Source: Antedon mediterranea
Lineage: Eukaryota; Animalia; Echinodermata
Length of the DNA: 64,000 bases
Direction of reading: 5' to 3'
Assembly (NCBI RefSeq): GCF_964355755.1
Contig: NC_092675.1
Coordinates: forward strand, 4,831,812 to 4,895,811
Below the pieces are notes generated by a model that was not told the DNA's origin, made no database searches, and was given only the letters and a program-made list of their open reading frames with translations. Made by a program: the position numbers and the translations under genes. Numbering within the stretch: the stretch's first letter is position 1; each line of letters begins with the position of its first letter. Shown here in pieces: positions 32,801-46,333 of this stretch.

Positions 32801-35800
32801 AATTGTACGGAATAAAAGAGTTGTATCCAGTAAGATAGAGGAGTTAAACATGTGGATAGGAAGAAAATACAAAAAAACATGAATCAAGCTATTAGCAGCG
32901 GTGCCTGCCATAAGCCTTGCTTTTTTGCAGGCTAGGCCTAGTTGTATTCACCCAAAAAGGTGTAAGTGAAAATAGTTCATAGACCCATGTTATAAAACAA
33001 ATAATGCACAAGTCTAAATTTTGTGCATTAGTGGAGTGGAGATGCGCACTCTCGGGTATTCAGAATGTCGTGCATGTCGCACCCTTGTATACTTATTTGT
33101 ATACTATGAAAAATTAGCATGATAATCATCTCACTTGTATGATTTTGTAACTTTTCAGAGCTCAGTTTGGTGGCAAAAAATGTGAAGGAAAATCATTTGA
33201 ATATAAATTGTGCAATACACAGGTAAGATGATTAAGCCTCTGAAATTCTCAAATGAAATTGTTAATGTCATAGTCATGTAAAATAATCCTTCAACTATGC
33301 AGATGCATTTTAATGACTTCTGTTTCTCTGTCGTGTTTTGTGTATGATTTATAACAGATTGCCATGACCGTAATATACACACATACTACTGTTCAGGAGG
33401 CTACAGTATATGCTTTCTACATTTATTGACCTAATATTGGCAATTCATGGTATTATTGCGCAGTATGAAACGATCACGCAGTCTCTTTTTAAGGTCTACA
33501 AGAAAAATTCTTCTTGCTCACTTATAAATGACACATCATCAAACTAATGGAGACTCCTCCCAAAGCGTCATAATGACACAGTCCTCACCCATGATGAAGA
33601 GCAGCATGTCTATAATTCATTATTTCCATCCAGTAATTCAATTGAGTCAAATGTCTGGAATAAACTATACACCATATAAATAGTATAATAATAAAGTATA
33701 GAACATTTTTACTAAAATTATTAAAACCCAGTCGCACAATAGATTTTAAAGCTATGTATTTTTCCTACCACAACTGCATAGTATGGTGCCATTAATGGGA
33801 CTTGGATTATTGCAAGTCCTTGTGTCTATGATAATAACTCTTTCCAAGGAAGCAATTATTTAATTTATTTGCCTCAGACATCATTCAATAAACTGATGTC
33901 TTTTTCTGGCAGACAAAAATCCGTTTTAATTGGGAAACAAGCTTGTTTTGGAGTATGACGTTAGCAAGTTTGTGCTTTTACATTCATTTTGTATTATGTT
34001 GAAATACAATATAATTTAATATGCTCTATAATAAATACCAACCATATACACACTGTAGGATTCCTTTGTACAGAACAAATGCAAACATATATCGTATTTC
34101 TATCCAGTATTTGATCATAATTGGTCATTTTCGGTCAAGCCACACAAACCACTCATGGCTATTGATCAGTGTGTCTTTATTATAATATAATCAACAATTA
34201 CTATTAATAAATGCAGAAAAAAAGAAGAAATTGAGGGTGAAATGAAAATGGGAATATCTGAGAAGGAAGTGAGTGGACTATATGGATTAAAATGGGAAAG
34301 ATTTAAGGAAAAGTGGATGATAATAGTGAAATACCATGGGATATATGTAGAATTAGATAATCCTACTAGGGCTACTTTCATATTATAACATAAATAACAA
34401 AGATGTTATTTATACAGTATGGAAGACTACATTATAAAAGAGCTAGAAATCGTTGTTTTAGCTCTACTATTAAAATAAAAAATATTTGGTCACAAAAATA
34501 AAAATAAAACAATTAGACAGAAAATATTAAAGCAAAACAGAAAAATGAAACAGAAAAGACAGAAAACATAAGATAGAAAATGTGGAAACAAAAACTCAGA
34601 AAATGTTAAAACAAGACTCCGAAACCCCCCCCCTCCCAAAAAAAAAACAAAATGTGAAAACAAAAAGTCAATGTTAAAAGTGTAAATTTCAATATATTGC
34701 ACTTTATATACACAGAAAACATGCTTTAATATAGTATGATACAGACTATTTACTCACCAGCACCTCATTGTTAAAACTTCAGTGATATGATAATTTAATT
34801 AAATAATATTACACTTTATTTCTCATGCTTTTAATCTAATTATGAATGTTTCTTTCTCAATTCAGATCATTTAACGCCGGAATGACTTTGTACTTTTATT
34901 CTTTGTTCTACAGGATTGTGGAAATCCAATTCAAGACCCCAGAGCTGACAAATGTAAGGACAACTTGTCCAACTGGCTACATGAAGGGGAACCACACTCT
35001 TGGGTTCCTTCAGAACTTCTTAATAGTAGGTACTCTCCACGTTTATGGTTTGGAATGTTGAGAGGTTTCATTCTTGGGTGTTGTTTTTAGAATGGTACTG
35101 TAGTAGCAATATAGCTTGGTGATTAAATTACATGCTTGCTAATTCCAGGGTGCAAAGTTCAAATCCTGTCTGGCACATTATCAGGATTTGTTTTCATGAC
35201 CAAAACTGTGCCACTACCTAAGAAACATGGGGTGGGGAAGAAGTAATTTAAAATGGATTATGTCATACATGACATGTGTTTGATATAAATTTGTTTATAC
35301 TGGTTTCACCTGATATGTGTCATATGTAGTCTGGACAGGTGTGTATCACCAGCACATGTCCCTTATGTCATTAATTTATGATGGGTTACAAACAAAGGTG
35401 TCATAACTAGGGCAACATGTGATTCTGAAATTCATTTTCTGAGGTTTTTTTTAGAAAATTCAATCTTGACATTTATAACACAACAGTCAATCATGTTAAT
35501 CATGTTGTTACATTTCATATGTATATGAAAAGTTTAGTTTAGGCATTAGTTTCACAAGTTATTTTTTATGTATAGATTGCCTGATAAAGTAATTAATTAA
35601 TTAATTATTAATAATAATAATTAATATTTTCATTCATAGACATATTAAAGGGACCATGTCAAAATTATTCTACTGCAGTTACTGCAGTAACTACATCTAT
35701 ATATATTTTGTTTACGATTTACCCTGTTTGCAAAGTTTTTTTGGGTATACACACTGCAGTAACTGAGGACGATCGAAGTATTTTGATCGAAACGCCGAAA

Positions 35801-38800
35801 AACAGTTCTTTTCATAACTAAATATACGTAGTGACCGCAAACTTAAAATCAAAATTCAGTAGAATCATTTTGAAATGATCCCTAATATATAAACACATAG
35901 TTAAAAGTTTCTCATATACACACATTATTCAAAGAAGACTGTAGCAGTTGATTTAATCATACTAGTCAATAATAAAGAAAGCATTAATAAGCTAGCTCGT
36001 AAGGTTACTGTACTATTTTGTTCAGTGTAATGATGATTTTGCTATCTCGCTTTTAGTACATGTATTCTTATTATGATATCTGACACTGATTAACATAGCT
36101 GTCTTGCATTTAGGAAGTCTTTCGTGTAAGTTATCCTGTGTGTCACTCAACACAAAATCAGTGGTGGTCACTGATCAGAACGTCATTGATGGTGTTGCAT
36201 GCTCGTATGAAAACCCACATGGTATTTGCATTGAAGGGAGATGTGTGGTGAGTAAACAATTTTAACTGCTGTTTGAATTTAAAGGAATATTATTAAATTA
36301 TCATCTCTCTATTGCCGAGTGGGATTGCTACAAAAAAATGTTCACACACTAAGATTGAGTCATGGATTGCATCCGACAAATACATGCAATTGCTGAAAAA
36401 AAAAACCAAAATGCTGTAGGTAATAATGGCAGGATATCAATTGAGATAGGACTACGTCCAAAACAATTAAACAAAATTCTAAATCAAGACTTAATAACAT
36501 AAACAGCCAGGGGATGACAAGAGAAATGACAAGCTTTCTTAACTTAAAAAATAGATGTTGTTTAGATTTGAAAATAGGCCTACATATATCTATCTATATT
36601 TTACGTTCATCAATAGTCAAATTTTGTTTTAAGCATTGTAATATTTCAAATTGTTATTTTATACACAATCTGAAAATTCATAAACAGTGAAACATCTTTT
36701 GAAACCGTAATGAAATTAAGGATAGAGATTTTTCAGAGTGTTCATGGTTTTGAAAGAATCAACTGAAAATACTTTTCCATGAGTTGAAACAACAGTCACT
36801 GTACTTTGGTAGATATCATGTAGTCCATCACATGGAAATTACATTTCTCATAGTTAACATGCCTCAAATAATTTTGGAAGTGTAATTCAATACCTATGGG
36901 AATGGCCAATTTATATCAAATATGTTTTGTGATTTGAGGCATGTCTTGAAATTCTAGATGGGGTTAGGTTATGTATGTTATGTAGACATGTTAAATGTCA
37001 ATAAATATTTCTGGATTACTTTTACAGTATTGATTAATGTAAAAGTTGTACAAAGATAGTGTTTCTACCTGATACTTTATTAACTGTTTTATAATTGTTG
37101 AAAAAGAGATGTTTTATTTGTAGTTAGTATAAATAAAAAAAAAATGAAAACATAATAACTCAATCAATATAAGACAGGATTTTATTGTATTTTTGATTAA
37201 GAGAATTGGCTGTGACAAGGTTTTAGGATCGAAAGTCGAGATTGACAGATGTGGTGTATGTGGAGGGAATAATTCAACATGCAGAGAAATCGATTCTTCA
37301 AAAAGAAGACGTTTAAAGAGAAGTAAGTGTATTAACAAATTGTTTTGTGCACTCATAGAGATCACTATAATATCTCTATGGTGCACTCCATGTGCCAACA
37401 ATGTTGATTTGTCATGATGTGGCCATGACGATCGTCATCCTATGAGCAGGTTATGTCATGTAATTCACAAGTTACGCATGCTAGCAAGTTTAGACGTGTT
37501 TCTTAACTTTATTGCATCAACAACAAAACGTTGACAGACAATAAACAATGACGCATCAATGTGAATGTCCTAAATCACAAATCGAAAGCAAGATTTTATT
37601 TTTTGTAAAGAATAAAATTAACATTTAATAAAGAATCACATAAAATAGGTTTAAAATTATTCACAGATTGTTTTGTAGGCCTATGTACAATAACAATGAA
37701 AACTGTTTCACTTGTTGACACCCACAATAATGCAATGCACAATATCTGCTTTTGGTTATAATAAATAAGAATACAAGACTTGAGATGTAAAGTTATTCTT
37801 GATGTTTTAGTTTCAGCCTCTTGCCCAAATTAGGTCAAACTTGACATGTGTTCATATGTACATGTCTAGACCATATATAGGAAATGATAGTAAATGTTAA
37901 ATCTCCTATGGGTATCGTTTTGCATCTAATCATGTTGTAAAATGTTTTTTTACTTATAAAATGGCATCAAAGTTTCTTATTTTTGTGTTATTGCACACTA
38001 GCATCATGAAAGTACTTTTTAATGGTGTCTATTATTATATTTATTGCCTCGGAATGATACCTAAAAAACTGAATGCTCATTAATGCAATGTATTAATAGA
38101 AACAAATTATTTTCTGTTCCATGATCCCTGATCTTTTCTTTAATTTATTTTGTGAAAATGTGCATTTAATATAATAGTTCAGTTCCTTAACATTATGCAA
38201 TATCACATATTTATTATGGAGTCATGGCGAAGAGCCCTGGTTTAGCACTTCTAAGAGACCCTCCAATACTGGGTAGTTGCATTAAACTGCTCATGCGCTG
38301 GGGTCCCTTAAGCTCTGGGCCCCTGGTTTAGCACTCCTAAGAGACCCTCCAATACTGGGTAGTTGCATTAAACTGCTCATGCGCTGGGGTCCCTTAAGCT
38401 CTGTGCCCCTGGTTTAGCACTCCTAAGAGACCCTCCAACACTGGGTAGTTGCATTAAACTGCTCATGCGCTGGGGTCCCTTAAGCTCTGGGCCCCTGGTT
38501 TAGCACTCCTAAGAGACCCTCCAATACTGGGTAGTTGCATTAAACTGCTCATGCTCTGGGGTCCCTTAAGCTCTGGTCCCCCTTAAGCTCTGTGCCCCTG
38601 GTTTAGCACTCCTAAGAGACCCTCCAACACTGGTTAGTTGCATTGAACTGCTCATGCTCTGGGCCCCCTTAAGCTCTGGGCCCCTAGTTTAGCACTTCTA
38701 AGGGGCCCTCCAACACTGGTTAGTTGCATTGAACTGCTCTGGGGTTCCTTCTTAAGCTCTGGGCCCCTGAGTTTAGCCAGTGAGCAATCATAGTTGTTAC

Positions 38801-41800
38801 ACCACTGTCTGGAGTTGAATCATAACACATGAATGATGCATCAGTGTAATATGAAGCTAGGCATAATATAGCCTACAGTTCACCAAAGATCTTCATAGCA
38901 CCATATAATAAAAAAAAAAATAGTAGATACGAGGCACCCCATTTATTGTTAAAGCTTGTTATAAATAATAAACATGATATACAATTTGTCTAGTAACAGA
39001 AGTGGATTCTTGATTTTATTACAGCATATCAAGTGGCACTTAAAATACCAATAGGAGCATATGACATTAGAGTACAAGAGGTCACTAAAAGCAATCATTT
39101 TTTAGGTAAATTAAGTTTTTTTACTCTCTATCTCTTAACATAATTGTTTGCTACTGCATTAAAAATAAATCATTACCGAAACAGTATACAGTAATTAAAA
39201 ATAAGATAAATGGTTTTGTCATAACATATTATTAGAATGTTATTGTATTAAGTCTTTATCTTGATATTATCTTAACCGTAGATTAGAGGGAGCTATTCAT
39301 TTTCCAATACTAAATCATGATGATGATACCTCCTTGATCTTAAATGTATAAAGAAAGTCATTGAAAGTTTTATAAAGTGATGTAACCAAATTTGTCAGTA
39401 GTTTCTCAAAATGTTTTTGCTATGTTTCTATGTTTATATCTCTGAGTGCATGCTCAGGGGGGGGGGGGGGAAATATGGTGTGGGAATTATACTCAGATTG
39501 CATTTACAATATATTTACAAAATTCTAGATTTAGCTTTAATTATAGTGTGAGATTATACTTGAGCTATACAGTATTAAATATCAATCATATAGTTTTCTT
39601 TATTTTAGCCCTAAAAGATGATTTACATAGACGGTATATATTAAACAGTAAGAGCACACAGGGGCCATCATGTGAATTTGTCTATCATAGAGTTAGCTTT
39701 GTGTACATTAATGAAGATGGGCTTGAGATACTTAAAGCACGAGGTCCAATGCGGTCCAACCTAACAGTATTGGTAAGAAAATGTGACATGAATTTAGAAG
39801 ACACATTCTTCTACACAGCAAACAAACAATGGAACCTATAGTACCACACATTTTAAAAACAAGACAGATTTTAAATTTAAAGTAAAGGAATATTTAGCAA
39901 CGTCTCATGAATAAATACATTTTAACTTACTGTAAGACTTTAATATATTTTTTACTTATTATGTTTTATGTCGTATTGTTGAGGGCCCCTTAAAATCAAC
40001 TTCCGCTGGCTGGGTCACTCTCGTGAAATATGGTTGAATAAATAAATAAATAAATAAAGAATGACATGAAATATTATTTTAATAATCAATTTTATACAGT
40101 ATGCTTTTATATGCTATGTTTTATTGTTTTACTGGTTTAATATTTTATTGTTTGTATGTATGTATGTATATAATGGACCCCAATGGAAATAAGCTGGAAT
40201 GATATTTACTGGCTTTTTGGGTTATCCATGGAAGACTACCGTATATACATTACAATTGTTCTTGTTTACCAATTGTAATGTATATTTGTGTACTTCCGAA
40301 TAAATTCAAATCAAATCAAATCAAGAAGAGTCCAGCGCTCTCTTATGCTTTTGTCACATAGCCTGTCACAGTCATGAACAATAACAGCGTGCTAACATTA
40401 CATTAGATAATAAGCATTTAAATTAAATTAAATTAATTTTTGGAAGTGGAGCTTATTGTTACTGGTTCCCTACTGACTCCATTGTTATCCCCCATACACT
40501 ACCATCCCCAACCCAACTTATACTGTACACAAATTATAATATGCAATTAGAAAATTTGCATGACAATTAGAGAGTGAAGAAATCTCTTTAGAAACTTGTA
40601 CTTACGTTTGTGTCATGATTTGTTTTTATTTATAGCTAGGTAAAGGAAGTGACAAAGGACCAATCATTGTTCACTACAGTTACGTGATAAATAGAAACAA
40701 ATTAATAAAACAAATTTCACATAAAACAAAGAATATAGAGAAGAGACTGTATCACTGGAGAGACAAGGGTTGGACTGTATGCAGTAAATCATGCGGAAAT
40801 GGTATGATCATTTATGTAATCAATTCAATTCACATGTGTCATCATTGTTATGCATTGACAATTTAAAGTATATATGTGTCAAACTATTTATCAATTTTAT
40901 CATATTTTATTATGTGATTGTTTACTTTTAACAAGCAAGACACTTCTCGGGCCAGAGTGTTTGACAAAATAAATTGTAATTGAAATGGCTAAAAGATCTT
41001 GTATTGAGAAGATTTGAATTCTGTTCGTCTTATAGTAACAGTCAATCAGTAACATTTATTCAATAATGGTTTACAGTAAGAAAAAATAAAGGATGAATAG
41101 AAAAACTAGACTATTATTAGAATAAGTCTCATCATGACCCTGTACAAAATATACAGTAGGTATCTAAAACAAGAAATCAAAAGAATAAATTGGAGACCCC
41201 CAGAATTACATTGTGAATTATATAGATTATTTAACTTTTTCCACTATTAATGTGTTTTTTTTTTCACCATAGGCACATCAATTAAAATGTTTGACTGCAT
41301 AGAAAATGGTACTGACCGTGTAGTGGACAAGTTTTTTTGTATTTCAAATGGTCATTTTCTCACTCCAGTTAGTAGAGTATGCAATGAACGTGATTGTATT
41401 GTAGCTCAGTAAGTTCTCATGGTTTTTCGCTGGAATAAATAATTCATGAATAACGTCCATGACACAGCCATGGCTAACGATTGTAGCTTGTTTTTAATTG
41501 TGGTGTATTTATTAATTGAAAATAAAATAATTGATGATTTCTGTAGCTTACATTAAAAGGCCATATTCTTAAAAGGTATTGATTGATATATATATTTATA
41601 CTGGGTAACCTCTTCAGTCAAAGACTGGTCTCCCAGAGGGCCCAGTTGGTGATCAGTGGCTGTGATGTACTAATACACCGGGGCAACCCCCTACTCGTCT
41701 CGAAAGATGTACTAGGTTCTTTAAAGTGCACACGAGCTAGATGTGTACACTGGACCTACGGTTTATAGTCCTTATCCGAGAAGACTCGTTCTACCACCAG

Positions 41801-44180
41801 AACCATGGAGTGAGTGAGCCTCGAACCCCTGCTGATGTTATGGCTACGTAATTACGGTTCCACTGTCTTAACCGCTCGGCCACTCACTCACTCCACTCAC
41901 TCACACTTTCAGGTATAGAAATTATGATATACTTATAATTCTCTGTACTTTATTGATTATAAAAAAATTCATGCAATTATCCCCAATGCAATAGAGTGTT
42001 CTATCTGCATCTATTGAAATCAGGCAGGAATCCAGAGAATTTTTTTGAGATACATGTATATATTTGTTTGCTCAACTTTTGCTCAACTGTTCAACTTTTA
42101 ATAAAGGTGGCGTACATACAATTGGAGTGAATGTTCTGAGACATGTGGTCTAAGTAGCTACAAACGTCGCTGGGTTGACTGTGTAATGGAAGAAAACGGA
42201 GTAAACGAAACAGTTCCAATAAGGTTGTGTAAAGGTGAACGGCCTGACATAAGTAAACTTTGCAATGTTTCACTTTGTGTAGGCAAATGGAAAAGAAGTG
42301 AATGGTCTCAAGTAAGAGTTACATCATTTTTAAAAAGATTTCCAAGTAAATATTTTTTGTAGATAATAACAAAGATAATTGACTTAAGTGTACCAATCCG
42401 CCATAAATGCACACTTTGATTATTAATGAGAGTTGGGCTTTATAGGTATCCTAGTCTTACTACAAACTTTTCTTACTTACAACTGATTTTGTTGTTGTAT
42501 AAAATTATAGCTTTAAACTTAACATAGTAGTGGGCTTGCCTCAGAATGTGCTTTCTAGACCCTATGGTATAAACATGATGACATTCCAATGTTTTCAATG
42601 CTTTAATATTCGTTTGTTTTACTAGGCAATAAAATAGTAATAGCAGACCCGCCATGTCAGATTCATTGTTGTAACTTTTTCGATGATTTTCATACATAAA
42701 CATTTGATTACCTCTACTCTTTATCTTAGTGTTCGGTATCATGTGAAAAGGGCGTTCAGACACGTAAAATAACATGCGTAGCACGTGACGGCAAGCCGAA
42801 CCCAGATTATGGTTGTGATATCAAAGACAAAAATCGAAGTACCAAACCTTGTGATATGGGACCATGTGGTGAGTAACTTCTATTACATATTTTGGAACTG
42901 TCAATTTTATATTGAAAGAAGATAGTCAAGGGTCATTGCAAAAAAGTTATCCTCATATTACATACCAAAGCGTAGTACTTGTAATATTTTACAGTTCATA
43001 GTACACACATGAAATAAAGTTGTAAAATATAAGTTTTAACAGTATGATAAGGAAGAATTTATAAAAAGTTGATACAAGGCAATCGTGCTGAATTAGCTCC
43101 ACAAATTAAATACGCATTTCCTCAGTAATTCATAGAAAAGGAAGTCCACCAAAAAAAAACACTGTTTTTTTTGTATTCATTATTCTGTTTTTATCAGATC
43201 AACACAAACATGTGTTACATAGATCAAAATAAAAATAAGATTTTATCATGCTCTCGTATCGTGCACGTTAGCAGGAAGAGCGTTCACATAGAATTGGACA
43301 TCATGATATAAGTATGCTAATGAGGTGCAATGTTGCGTGACAGAGGTCAAACGTTGAGAACATGGTGTGTGACATGGTGCGGTAGCTTGGTTTGTTGTTG
43401 TTTGCGTTGCGCGAGTTCAGTTTTATACAGCAGTTATCCGAAGATTAAAAAGCGAAAGATTGCGATAAAATAAAAAGAATGTATTGCAGCTTGCTTGGTT
43501 GAAAGATGAAGACGTCAAAAAGAATATAACGCGCTGTCAAAATTATTGTTGTTGTTTGAGTCGTCGGCTTCCGGTTGGGTCGATGACCCATACATTACCC
43601 GATTAGCAACCGAGCGCTGATTGGTTGAATTTCGTCTCTTATCATGATAACTTCGTAAGATCATGATAATTAACGTGCTCTCCGAGAGCACGTTAGTCGG
43701 AATTAACGTGATATCCAAGATCACGTTGACGACTTCCTGCAGGTTCACATTGAACATCATGATAAAGAAACTCATGATAATTTCTGAATGTGAACCTAGC
43801 TACTGTTTCGTGTTGTTATAAATATTGTAATTATGATGTATTTTAAGACGAGCAATGTAATTTTCTCCTTGTGGGAACGAATAAAGATTATACTTGATAC
43901 TTGATACTCTATCTATTAATTGTTTTAAAAATGTCTACATTTTTGTTTTCCAGTTTGCAATCCCAAAGCGGGAGGCAAGATTTGCAGCTTAAGAACATAC
44001 CAACAATACTGTAAACTAACCATCTATCGAGAACAATGCTGTTCGACATGTTTAAAACAAAGGCTGCTATTGGAGGATATGATCAAAGCTAGCAAGGTGG
44101 CAAAAACCAATCAGAATGCTTCACAGAAACTTGATAAAGAGGCTAAACGTGCAAAGCAAAATAGAAGAAATACGGGATGA
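14893..44180 (+). CDS. ADAMTS metalloprotease, ADAMTS2/3/14 (procollagen N-proteinase)-like, ~1080 aa, 23 exons
   Basis: Exons 14893-14958, 16346-16394, 16755-17143, 18778-18892, 19778-19974, 20880-20963, 21852-22005 (or 24228-24366), 27417-27525, 28460-28600, 29918-30053, 30318-30437, 32659-32792, 33159-33222, 34914-35025, 36114-36247, 37202-37322, 39025-39105, 39609-39772, 40636-40801, 41273-41408, 42107-42311, 42730-42868, 43954-44180; phases all compatible. Signal peptide, prodomain, furin site RSKR, zinc motif HEVGHMLGMIHD, disintegrin-like, TSR (WSKWTAWTVCSRVCG), Cys-rich (GCDKVLGS..DRCGVCGG), spacer, 3 more TSRs, PLAC. The first two exons are the least certain. Confidence 0.92.
15072..15362. 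repeat. Minisatellite, ~37-bp unit, ~8 copies
   Basis: TTACTGGCCAGACATCAGTTTTTTCTATAGACACTGG repeated in ADAMTS intron 1. Confidence 0.95.
15789..16318. mobile_element. TTAA-flanked MITE, same TIR as 2802-3086
   Basis: TTAA|AGATGTATTGTCCC ... GGGACAATACATCT|TTAA. Confidence 0.85.
20425..20626. mobile_element. Degenerate MITE
   Basis: TCTTTCACACTCGCCCCGGCA ... TGCCGGAACAGGTGTGAAAGA termini and internal inverted arms TCGAACGTCAATGTTTT / AAAACATTGACATTCGA. Confidence 0.65.
24228..24366 (+). CDS. Candidate alternative (mutually exclusive) exon 7b of the ADAMTS gene
   Basis: TTTTGTTCTCGGTAG acceptor, GCAG|GTAGGC donor, 139 nt, open, phase 0 to 1 like exon 21852-22005; ends DLTAFIIRKTLLVAG versus DFAVFLFRNLSPPAG. 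Confidence 0.65.
24608..24775 (+). mobile_element. tRNA-derived SINE with CORE-like domain
   Basis: B-box GGTTCAAATCC followed by GTGTCCTTAGACAAGACACTT...GTGTACAAATGGGTACC. Confidence 0.65.
27005..27325. repeat. Two-copy tandem duplication, ~165 bp
   Basis: CCAAAAATATTACCTATTT...CTCTATTTTGAGTCA occurs twice. Confidence 0.9.
27577..27815 (+). mobile_element. tRNA-derived SINE with LINE-like tail
   Basis: TGGCTTGGTGG A-box, GGTTCAAGTCC B-box, tail GAGGGTCCC...CACCCTC and A-rich end; degenerate relative at ~35110-35225; similar tail at ~39980-40060. Confidence 0.7.
27853..28115. repeat. Minisatellite of CCTGAATAGGGGTGT(T/C)C units inside a Tc1/mariner-like MITE
   Basis: 17-20 bp units; outer termini TATAGTAGAAC (27555) and TTCTACTATA (28137). 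Confidence 0.85.
30850..31250 (-). mobile_element. Highly degenerate CR1/L2-like LINE fragment
   Basis: Broken translation IIDLTSCHIKVCN...QPYYCY resembles the region C-terminal to the RT domain of CR1-group LINEs; boundaries approximate. Confidence 0.35.
35649..35883. mobile_element. Palindromic MITE with an inserted hammerhead-like fragment
   Basis: Left arm GGGACCATGTCAAAATTATTCTACTGCAGTTACTGCAGT; right arm ACTGCAGTAACTG|CAGTAGAATCATTTTGAAATGATCCC is interrupted at 35766-35856. Confidence 0.7.
38232..38808. repeat. ~86-bp satellite (~6 copies) expanded inside a hAT-like MITE
   Basis: Unit CCCCTGGTTTAGCACTCCTAAGAGACCCTCC...CCCTTAAGCTCTG; ends GTTACACCACTG; a single-unit relative lies at 28979-29178. 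Confidence 0.9.
41578..41890 (-). mobile_element. tRNA-derived Deu/Nin-like SINE
   Basis: Near-identical to 3488-3790, with intact A and B boxes on the minus strand. Confidence 0.9.
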
Positions 44181-46333
44181 AAGATTTCCACCTAGATCTA
44201 CAGTACCATACAAATTCTGAAAGTCAACCATGCAATTACTGTTGAACTTGAAGGTTGACAGTATCTACTATGTTTGTAATTTTTTAAAATTATATTAAAT
44301 AGTAATATCTATGCAACCAATTTCCAACGCACAAATTATTTGCAGTATTGTAGTATTAATTCATTCTATTTAAAAGTATATAATTTTTTAATTTAATCTT
44401 TGCACCTAGTCTACTGTAGGTGCTAGACAGATATTCAGCTTAAAATTCGTAAAACAAAGACATTATTGTTGGTGGCGCTCGTAAAGAAATAAGTATCATT
44501 TATTTTGTGTAGTATATATTCAAGTTTCTTTTTACTTGGATTTAACAAATATAATGAAACAAATAATACTGATTTCAGAGACAATCCTACAAGGTGCTAT
44601 TTAATATGACATTGATATGGCTCAATGATCCTACATGTATTATAATGTATATAAAATTTAATATTTATAACTTAACGTTAAAGTAATGTTAATAGTTTTT
44701 AAGTAAATGTATTAGAATATTGTACAAATAAACCTAAACACTGGGGAATTAGAAGGCTCTGCAATGCGAACAGTGACCCCAATGGATTACTGATGTATAA
44801 GAGCATTTTTTTAAACTGCCAATATCAAATTTATCCTGTTTATCATAATAATAGGTGGTCTTTGGCGCGGATTTGGTTTATTTATTATTAAAAGATCCAG
44901 AAAATTCTTGCTTCAAGGTGTATACCCTTCCATGATTGGTATTAATTAAAGTAAATCAAACATGTTGAAACAGATATTTTTTATTTATTATTACCTTCAG
45001 AAAGGATTTGAACCTGGAGCCTGTGATAAAACTCTACTCATCAGTATCTTAAATTGTACAGAACTTAACATACTGTATCAATACAATATTTTATTAGTGG
45101 AAGTTTTGTTTTCTATTTATGAGATACTGTAAGTAAATTCAAATTATTAAAATAATCATGTTTTGTTTAATATAAAATCATGTCTATTTAAAACAACTAA
45201 ATGGAACACATTGTTAAACCATTATAGTTTGTTTTAAAACACATGATATATGGTGGTATTGTATATAACTTTGTAATAAAATACAAAAAGTAATTAAAGT
45301 TTGTTAGAAATATTTATTAAAGTGAAAATAGTACTAGAACAACATTTTGCACTGAATATTGCACAATTATCTACACTTCTACTACAAAATTTAGCAAATT
45401 ACAAAAATATACATAATTAAATTTTAGAGCAATTAAATCTAGCACATCAAAATCTTTGGTTTCTCAAAGTATTGTATAGTTTGAATACAATGTATGCTAT
45501 TGTTCTGCTACTTTGACCTACAGTATATAGTACTACAGTTATACTTGGTTCCAACTGGCTTTTCAGCTCTAACTCATCTGATCGTTACAAATATATAATA
45601 TTTATTTGCATATCAAGCACAATCTTGTCAGGAGCAAGCAATAAGCATGCCTCAACAAATTAACAAATTGTAAAACATTTTCTGCAGAACACTCTCAATT
45701 TGATTTGATAGGCGGTAGGAGCCTAGAGAATCATTGGATTATACATTTTTATATACATCTGATTGTAAAAATAAACATTTCTTTCTCAACTTGAGCTTAT
45801 TAATATTGTATGGAATTATTTAGCCAATAGAAAAATCTCTGCATATAGATTAAAATTAGAAATATTAAGTAACTGTGCCATAATATGTTATGCTGAATTA
45901 TAATGCAGAATTCATGATTGATTGAAAAAAAAAGCTCTGTCTACATTATAAACATTTATGTGACAAAAAAAGTATGTGCCCATATATGGACATGACGATG
46001 TCATATCAATGGTTTAATGCTTTTAAATTTATATAGCGCAAAATACAAATAGTCTCTATGCGCTGTTTAGCACAAGTGTGAAAATGAAAATGTCTTTATG
46101 ATTAGAAGTTTTAAAATAACTGTAAAATTTAAATTGTTAGAATACAGTTTCATATACCTAACAGTATAACCCTTCCTTTGGGACACTTTTCAAACGATAA
46201 AGAGGAAATGCTTTAAAACTAAGGCCCACCATTATTCCGGGACATCTCTATTTATTAAGGGGACATTTTGTGGGGTTTCGGAAGTGTCTTGTTTATAGGT
46301 GTTCTACTGTGTAGTAAAAGCTCTAGATTTAAG

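Noticed and set aside
43200-43800. CpG-rich segment with CCAAT and CCGGAAG motifs in the last ADAMTS intron as a promoter or nested gene
   Set aside because: Ends in a TIR-like TGTGAACCTAGC and has no supportable exon; most likely a truncated DNA transposon.
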